Source: Candidatus Poribacteria bacterium (GTDB lineage: Bacteria > Poribacteria > WGA-4E > WGA-3G). Taken from it: 64,000 nucleotides of DNA. Position 1 is the stretch's first letter, and every line of letters begins with the position of its first letter. The DNA is taken from NCBI GenBank assembly GCA_022828145.1, contig JAJEJA010000015.1, positions 9,298 to 73,297 on the forward strand. The letters are read 5' to 3'. Under the pieces are notes generated by a model, which did no database searches, was not told where the DNA came from, and saw only the letters and a program-made list of their open reading frames with translations. This document shows, piece after piece, positions 58,178 through 64,000 of this stretch. A program made the translations under genes and the position numbers.

Positions 58178-58265
58178 AGTCTATACGATTTGGGAAAATA
58201 TGTCAAGGTGTCCTTTAAATAGCTTAGCAGTATGTCTTGACTTCCTTTACTCATTTTGCTATAAT
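58178..58265. promoter_or_regulatory. Divergent sigma70 promoters
   Basis: Minus strand: TTGACA(58206)-17-TAGACT(58178). Plus strand: TTGACT(58237)-17-TATAAT(58260). Confidence 0.7.
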
Positions 58266-58334
58266 TTTGTTACTCAACAATTAGATATGATACCATTTCG
58301 GATAATTCATTTTTTAAATTTTGTTTGCAGTGTT

Positions 58335-58455
58335 GTAGGTTGGGTTGAGGCACGAAACCCAACATGTATTGCTCTATAATGGGTCAAGATGTTGGGTTTC
58401 GTACCTCAACCCAACCTACGTAAGTTATTTGTTTTGATTTATCAAACTCACGTTA
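58335..58455. repeat. Inverted copy of the 25940-26060 composite repeat
   Basis: gtaggttgggttgaggcacgaaacccaaca...caacctacgtaag...ttatcaaactcacgtt. Confidence 0.75.
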
Positions 58456-58576
58456 ATATGCTATTGAGTGAATTCGTACATGCTAATTGGAATTTGCAAA
58501 ATGCTGCGGCTGTATCCCCAAGTCTAAAACGAACATTAGATAGACTAACGTATATGAAAGAGATTGAAAGTGACAA

Positions 58577-58873
58577 GTGAAAAAACTATTCCAACGCCAC
58601 ATTGAAGATTTTACTTGCGGATATTGCGGTACGTTCGTAAAAGGAGATGGATATACCAATCACTGTCCGAGATGCCTTTGGAGTCAACATGTAGATGTGA
58701 ATCCTGGTGATCGTGCGGAGACATGTCTCGGTTTGATGGAGCCGATAGGGTTTACAATGAAACGCGGGAACTATGTGCTTATCCACCGATGCACTACGTG
58801 CGGGATTACCAAAAAGAACAAAACTTCCAAAGACGATAACTTTGATACGATACTAAGTTTACAAGGAGCATAA
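58577..58873 (+). CDS. RNHCP domain protein
   Basis: FTCGYCG, YTNHCPRCLWSQHVD, PGDRA..C.GLM.P, HRCTTCG. Confidence 0.88.
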   Translation: MKKLFQRHIEDFTCGYCGTFVKGDGYTNHCPRCLWSQHVDVNPGDRAETCLGLMEPIGFTMKRGNYVLIHRCTTCGITKKNKTSKDDNFDTILSLQGA

Positions 58874-58874
58874 A

Positions 58875-59771
58875 ATGGATAAAAAGGTAATCATTTCAGT
58901 CATTTCACTCATTATTGCTGTCATTGCCGTTGTTGTTTTGTCAATTCTGCTTTATACAACTTCTGATACACTCAAACAGACGGAATTAGACCTGTCAACG
59001 ACAAAGACCACGTTACAAGATACTGAAACTGCGAACACAGAACTGGATGAGAAGTTAACAAAAACAGAGAAGGCATTAGGAGAAACGAAAACAGAACTGA
59101 ACAATACAAAAGAGATATTGGAAGATGAAAGCGAAGCAGCGAAGAAGATCGCTGCTGAACGAAATAAACTGCAAGAGGATAAAGCAAGTCTTGAAAGCGA
59201 TAAAGCGAATCTCCGCACAAAACTTACTGAAATTGAATCAGAATTAAAACGGATCCGTGATCAGTCTCAACGTTCAATCGCCGCTATCCAAGACAGATTC
59301 AAAGATTCAGTCGGTGCTGTTTTAGACGAAGCGGGACGACTAACACTTGATGTTAAGGGGAAGATCCTTTTTGAAACAGGCAGTGCAATACTTAGCAAAG
59401 AAGGGAAAACACTTCTTGATGCAATTGCCAAGGAGGTGTTGCTAAATCCAGATTATTCGGAATACGCAATTCGGGTTGAAGGACATACGGATGACAACCC
59501 AATTGCAGGTTCTGCCTTGCGAAACTGGGACCTTTCAACGCAACGTTCAATCGCCGCTGTTAAATACTTACAGGAAAATGCTGACATTGCACCAGAACGT
59601 CTATCGGGAACAGGATATGCTTTCTACCAACCAATTGATACTGCCGATACAGATGATGCAAAAGCGAAAAACCGTCGGATTGAGATTATCCTTGTGCCAC
59701 CACAAGATTTCTCTACAGAATTACTAAAATCACTGCAGAATGTAATGAAATCTATTGAGGTAGAGCAGTAG
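58875..59771 (+). CDS. OmpA/MotB-family peptidoglycan-binding protein with TM anchor and coiled coil
   Basis: ILFETGSA, RVEGHTD, NWDLSTQR, NRRIEI. Confidence 0.88.
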   Translation: MDKKVIISVISLIIAVIAVVVLSILLYTTSDTLKQTELDLSTTKTTLQDTETANTELDEKLTKTEKALGETKTELNNTKEILEDESEAAKKIAAERNKLQEDKASLESDKANLRTKLTEIESELKRIRDQSQRSIAAIQDRFKDSVGAVLDEAGRLTLDVKGKILFETGSAILSKEGKTLLDAIAKEVLLNPDYSEYAIRVEGHTDDNPIAGSALRNWDLSTQRSIAAVKYLQENADIAPERLSGTGYAFYQPIDTADTDDAKAKNRRIEIILVPPQDFSTELLKSLQNVMKSIEVEQ

Positions 59772-59772
59772 T

Positions 59773-59893
59773 GCTTAGTCAACATACTTTTGTAGGTCGC
59801 GATTCGGAGATCGCTTCTACAGAATCTTTTGCATTGTAGGAGGGAACTCCGATTCCCGACTATTTTATGCTATCAAAAGACACTTGACTAAGC
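59773..59893. repeat. Inverted-repeat-bounded element with two GTAG-REPs
   Basis: gcttagtcaa ... ttgactaagc encloses gtaggtcgcgattcggagatcgc and gtaggagggaactccgattcccgac. Confidence 0.7.
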
Positions 59894-59899
59894 CGTAGG

Positions 59900-60706
59900 T
59901 TACTCTGATGTTGTATCTTTTTTGGCTTGACGTGCGAGTTTTGCTGCTTGTTGTGCCAGACGGTTTGCACCTGCTATCTGTTCCATTAACTTAGCATTTG
60001 ACCACGAAATTGCTGCGAAGTAACGGATCTCTTCCGGTCTGTTTAATGTCTCAACACCTAAGGAGATACGTAAACCACTGTTTGCAGTATGTTGTATCCC
60101 CGCATTGATTCCGACCCCGTCAAATTCCAGACTGAGTTTAATATCGTCTCTCGCAAAAACTGGACGAAATACTTTGCTTATACCCACGAACATGCCGATG
60201 GGATTATCGTCAATTGCGAAACGGTTATTACCTATTCCGATGTGTCCTGAAATCAGGTGAACAAGTGGAAGGTTGAAAGTTTTGCTGATAGCAAGGTATG
60301 CGGAATTAGGCTGGTAGGTATCCCACTCTTGAATAACATTATCGCCGAGATTGTCAATACCGATTGCGACATCTGGTATTTTCCCCGATTCTTCCAGAAT
60401 TTGTGCTTTTAGGTGTCCCAAGAAGGATCGTGAAGCGTCATTGTCCTGCGGTAATATGTGTGTGCCACTGATTTCAATCCTATCAAACATGCCGAAGTTG
60501 ACACGGAAAGCGACCGGATCCCGTTTGAAATGCGTTGAATTTTGAAAGGGTGCATATACCCCTACGCCGAATATCCCGTGTTTTAACACTTTGCCTGATG
60601 GGATATCTATTAATCCGCTTTCTGTAAAGATTTCTCCGTTAACAGGCACAACCAATATAAGACAGACAGTAAATACTATAGATAAGACGTATAGTTTCTT
60701 GACCAT
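59900..60706 (-). CDS. Secreted beta-barrel-like protein (YjbH-like)
   Basis: Signal peptide; GLIDIPSG..L..G, P.VAIG, YLAISK pattern. Confidence 0.6.
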   Translation of the reverse strand: MVKKLYVLSIVFTVCLILVVPVNGEIFTESGLIDIPSGKVLKHGIFGVGVYAPFQNSTHFKRDPVAFRVNFGMFDRIEISGTHILPQDNDASRSFLGHLKAQILEESGKIPDVAIGIDNLGDNVIQEWDTYQPNSAYLAISKTFNLPLVHLISGHIGIGNNRFAIDDNPIGMFVGISKVFRPVFARDDIKLSLEFDGVGINAGIQHTANSGLRISLGVETLNRPEEIRYFAAISWSNAKLMEQIAGANRLAQQAAKLARQAKKDTTSE

Positions 60707-60711
60707 TTTTC

Positions 60712-61386
60712 TTACTCCATGTATTTTATGCCTTCTGTTGTTCCGACTATCACCTTGTCTGCGCGTTTTGCAAAGATACCGTTTTCAACGACTCCGGGAA
60801 TGTTGTTCAGTAATAGCTCCATCTTTTCAGGTTCAGGAATTCCATTGAATTTGCAATCTAAGATATAGTTTCTGTTATCTGTAATCAACGGTTTTTGTAT
60901 CCCCCCTCGCAAGTCAGAGTTATCGCAAATTTGATTGACCATGCGTTGTGTCGCTTCCCACCCGAACTGTATTATTTCCACGGGTAGTGCAAATGTTGTT
61001 CCGATGACTTGAGAGACCTTGCTTTGATCAACAACAATGAGGAGTCGTTCTGATGCGTTTGCGATGATTTTCTCTCTAACCAAAGCTGCACCACCTCCTT
61101 TGATTAAATTGAGGTGTGGGTCTACTTCATCTGCCCCATCTATCGTTAATTCTATTGTGGCATGGTGTGCAAGTGTTGAAAGTCTGATACCTTGTTCAGT
61201 TGCGATCTTCTCTGTGTCTTCGGAGGTAGGAATTCCGATGATATCAAGACCGTTTCGCACCATGCCGCCGAGTTTTAAGAGTGCGTAGTAAACAGTTGAA
61301 CCGGTTCCCAATCCGACAACCATTCCGTTTTGTATCTCTTCTGTCGCTTTTTCAGCAGCAATTTTTTTTAGGTGTTCTGTGTTCAT
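60712..61386 (-). CDS. rpiA: Ribose-5-phosphate isomerase A
   Basis: [36 protein letters not shown]. Confidence 0.96.
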   Translation of the reverse strand: MNTEHLKKIAAEKATEEIQNGMVVGLGTGSTVYYALLKLGGMVRNGLDIIGIPTSEDTEKIATEQGIRLSTLAHHATIELTIDGADEVDPHLNLIKGGGAALVREKIIANASERLLIVVDQSKVSQVIGTTFALPVEIIQFGWEATQRMVNQICDNSDLRGGIQKPLITDNRNYILDCKFNGIPEPEKMELLLNNIPGVVENGIFAKRADKVIVGTTEGIKYME

Positions 61387-62600
61387 GCCCATCCTTGGCT
61401 TTCACCACCGATACGCGCTTTACTAATTTTTTCATAATAGCCACTTTTTCGGTATGCTGTCAATGGATGCGGATCACGTCCCATCTCTAAACGCACCTGT
61501 TCAAGGAGTGGGTTCACATCGGTTTCATAGGCATTCTGAAGTATGCTTTCCGCTTCAATAAGGTCAGTTGAATCTTGTGCTGCTGCTAATGCGTCTCGGT
61601 CTACCAATAGTGCCTTCGCATAAGCCTTTTGCAGGTTACATACGGACTGTATGCTTGCTGCCACCTTCGGTTTTAGGTTATGACTCTGGTCAATCATATA
61701 AGCGATGTCAGTTTCTGTTTCTGGATCAAGTTCAGCTGCGACGAGTTCGTTATAAATGAGGAAGAGTTCCTGTGGATTGATAGAACCTACCGTCAGGTCA
61801 TCATCTGCATATTTTCGGCAATTGAAGTGGAAACCACCGAGTTTTCCTTCATCTATAAGGTATGCGACGATAAACTCAATATTTGTCCCTTGCGGATGAT
61901 GCCCGAGATCTACAAGTACTTGTGCTTTCGGTCCCAATTTAGTTGCCATGAGGTAAGCGGTACCCCAATCGGCTAAATCGGTGTGGTAAAATGCGGGTTC
62001 AAAGAACTTGTATTCAATGAGCATACGGGTGTCATTAGGGAGTACGTCATAAACTTCGCTTAGTGCTTCTGTCATCCACTGCTTACGTTTTCGGAAGTTT
62101 GCTTGTCCGGGGAAGTTTGTGCCATCAGCAAACCAGAGGCTCAGTAAATCTGAACCTGTTTTCTGCATGATGTCAACACATTCTAACATGTGGTCAATTG
62201 CGAGACGTCGTATATCTGCATAAGGGTTGCAGACGCTTCCGAGTTTATATTCTTGGTCTTGAAAGACGTTTGGGTTAATTGCCCCGATTCCAATACCGAC
62301 ATCTGCTGCATATTGTTTCAATGCCCTCCAGTCATCGGTTTTATCCCATGGAATGTGAAGTGCGACAGTTGGTGAAACACCTGTAAATCTGTGGACGGTT
62401 GCTGCATCTTCCAGACGTTCTGCTGCGTTCCTTGCGGCGCCGGGTTGTTCAAACACGCCGAATCGTGTGCCGGAATTTCCGTAACCCCATGAGGGTGTTT
62501 CTATATGCTGCTGTTTGAGGAGTTCCTTAATCGTCTCAACTTGAACTCCCTGTTTTTCTAATTTCTCGACTAATATACGATAAGATGGACTGCTACTCAT
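61383..62600 (-). CDS. rhaI: L-rhamnose isomerase (RhaI-type)
   Basis: [45 protein letters not shown]. Confidence 0.88.
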   Translation of the reverse strand: MSSSPSYRILVEKLEKQGVQVETIKELLKQQHIETPSWGYGNSGTRFGVFEQPGAARNAAERLEDAATVHRFTGVSPTVALHIPWDKTDDWRALKQYAADVGIGIGAINPNVFQDQEYKLGSVCNPYADIRRLAIDHMLECVDIMQKTGSDLLSLWFADGTNFPGQANFRKRKQWMTEALSEVYDVLPNDTRMLIEYKFFEPAFYHTDLADWGTAYLMATKLGPKAQVLVDLGHHPQGTNIEFIVAYLIDEGKLGGFHFNCRKYADDDLTVGSINPQELFLIYNELVAAELDPETETDIAYMIDQSHNLKPKVAASIQSVCNLQKAYAKALLVDRDALAAAQDSTDLIEAESILQNAYETDVNPLLEQVRLEMGRDPHPLTAYRKSGYYEKISKARIGGESQGWA

Positions 62601-62639
62601 ATAATCTTCTCCTGATCACAGGTCAAATTTTTATTATTA

Positions 62640-62834
62640 TAACGTGAGTTTGATAATAGGTATATGGACTTCATTTTGCCCAAAATATCACTTGAATAAA
62701 CGCGGTAGGTTCGGTTTCCTAACCGAACCGGCTTTGTGTCACTTGTGTTCATAAAGGTTTTTGGGTAGGATCCGGTTCGGTTAGGAAACCGAACCTACCG
62801 GCCTGGGGAAATCTGATTTATCAAGCTCACGTTA
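62640..62834. mobile_element. MITE-like element (AACGTGAGTTTGATAA ends) carrying an inverted REP pair
   Basis: Inverted, longer copy of 5080-5181 with an internal gtaggttcggtttcctaaccgaacc pair. Confidence 0.7.
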
Positions 62835-62873
62835 TTATATCACATTTTTTGTATTTGTGTCAGGACTTTTGTT

Positions 62874-64000
62874 CTACATTCGCTGCCGCAGTTTGAGGAG
62901 ATTTAGCCATCTACGGGCATTCGGTAGGCTGGTGTCAAGGGGTTCTTTCATCTCATAACATTCGGTTTGTCCGGCATAGATGTGATGCCAGTCTACTATA
63001 CACTGCATCTTTTGCCTCTTCAGATTTCGCATGAGATATCCGCGGACCCTTGCGCGCGTGTTGATGGGTGGGTTAGTGATGGCATGACTTATCTGGTGGT
63101 CGGTAATCACGCGACGCATACACCCTTCGGATTGGAGTGCATAGAATATCCCCGTATCAGGGTCAATGTTGTGGTATTCTAAGTCAAGGCTCTTGAGCCA
63201 CTGGTCATCCCAATCCAAACCTTCTTCTTCAACTAATGCATCAAGAAACCATTTTTTTGCAGCCCAGTCGAGTCGGGTGGTAAGACGTGTCCAGTCTGTT
63301 TCTAAGTCATCAAGGACATTTTCCCATTCAGTGAGTACCCACTGAGTTATCTCATTAGGACGTGTAATTATGTCTTGAACAAAGTTTAGGTATTTGCGTT
63401 GAATATCAATGGCAGTGACAGTTTGGCCGTTCTGTAGGTCAACATCCCATGTCAGTGTGGTGTCCCGTGAGATGTATCTGATTGCGGCGATTGGGTCAAC
63501 AAGTTCAAGGTTTGGGATTGGTAGTTTTTCTCCGTATCGTTCGTAATGTCTCTCAATAGCATCAAGGACGAGTACGGTTGTTCCGATTTTGAGTGCTGAT
63601 GCATATTCAGACATGTTTGTGTCGCCGACAAGGAGGTGTAGTCTACGATATTTTGTGTAATCGCTGAGCGGTTCGTCTCGGGTATTGATTATTGCGCGAC
63701 TGAACTGAATCCATTCATAGATTTCAGTGACGATGTGATCCGCGCGTTGTGATATCTGGTACCCGATAAAGTCGTCTTGACTGTATTGTCCATCTCCGAA
63801 TTCCATGATGTCATCATAAGCACCGACGCGACCTGCCCCAGCGTATATTTGTCGGGTAACGAAAAATGGGAGGAGGGTTGGGATTACGATTCTATAGAAT
63901 GGCACATCACGTCGTGCTTGATAATTTTCGTGGCAGCCGAAAGTTGCCCCTGTGTAGTGGTCTATGTTATTTTTGTAAAAGGCGACGTGTGACTCAAGTC
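62874..64000 (-). CDS. Pup/UBact ligase-deamidase (PafA/Dop) family protein, 5'-partial
   Basis: Frame is open to the window edge: FYKNNIDHYTGATFGCHENY, ISQRAD, IINTRDEP, YRRLHLLVGDTNMSE, LDWAAK, LDLEYH. Confidence 0.9.
   Translation of the reverse strand, partial: LESHVAFYKNNIDHYTGATFGCHENYQARRDVPFYRIVIPTLLPFFVTRQIYAGAGRVGAYDDIMEFGDGQYSQDDFIGYQISQRADHIVTEIYEWIQFSRAIINTRDEPLSDYTKYRRLHLLVGDTNMSEYASALKIGTTVLVLDAIERHYERYGEKLPIPNLELVDPIAAIRYISRDTTLTWDVDLQNGQTVTAIDIQRKYLNFVQDIITRPNEITQWVLTEWENVLDDLETDWTRLTTRLDWAAKKWFLDALVEEEGLDWDDQWLKSLDLEYHNIDPDTGIFYALQSEGCMRRVITDHQISHAITNPPINTRARVRGYLMRNLKRQKMQCIVDWHHIYAGQTECYEMKEPLDTSLPNARRWLNLLKLRQRM

Noticed and set aside
58875-59771. Flagellar stator motB
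   Set aside because: No motA or flagellar genes are adjacent, and the TM helix lacks the conserved MotB Asp motif.

Overview
A 64-kb gene-dense bacterial chromosome segment. The mix of Gfo/Idh/MocA oxidoreductases, a sulfatase, FGE-sulfatase domains, Rpn, a VHL-like domain, a PafA/Dop homolog and dense GTAG-type intergenic repeats suggests Candidatus Poribacteria or a similar lineage (inference only). Housekeeping and catabolic genes include queG, pheA, rpiA, an L-rhamnose isomerase, a xanthine-dehydrogenase-family trio, a sulfite-oxidase-family enzyme, UPF0182 and a GT9. Five observations stand out. (1) At the left edge, a >562-codon CxxC..CxxC gene missing from the ORF track resembles a type I CRISPR large subunit (Cas10d/Cas8-like). 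It is transcribed divergently from a promoter-led tandem pair of ~107-nt structured RNA units with compensatory base changes, followed by a WYL regulator. (2) An operon runs sulfatase > lid-truncated Hsp70 > four paralogs fusing a degenerate J-domain (HPD replaced by RPD/RAD) to a non-catalytic FGE-sulfatase domain. (3) An unannotated 81-aa DUF5069-like gene has an in-frame UGA followed by a SECIS-like hairpin, making it a candidate selenoprotein. (4) The Rpn gene has an internal RBS and ATG that could produce an intragenic antitoxin. (5) A type IIG-like R-M gene is split by one in-frame TAG. No CRISPR array, tRNA or rRNA was recognised. All family assignments come from reading motifs by eye; no searches were run.
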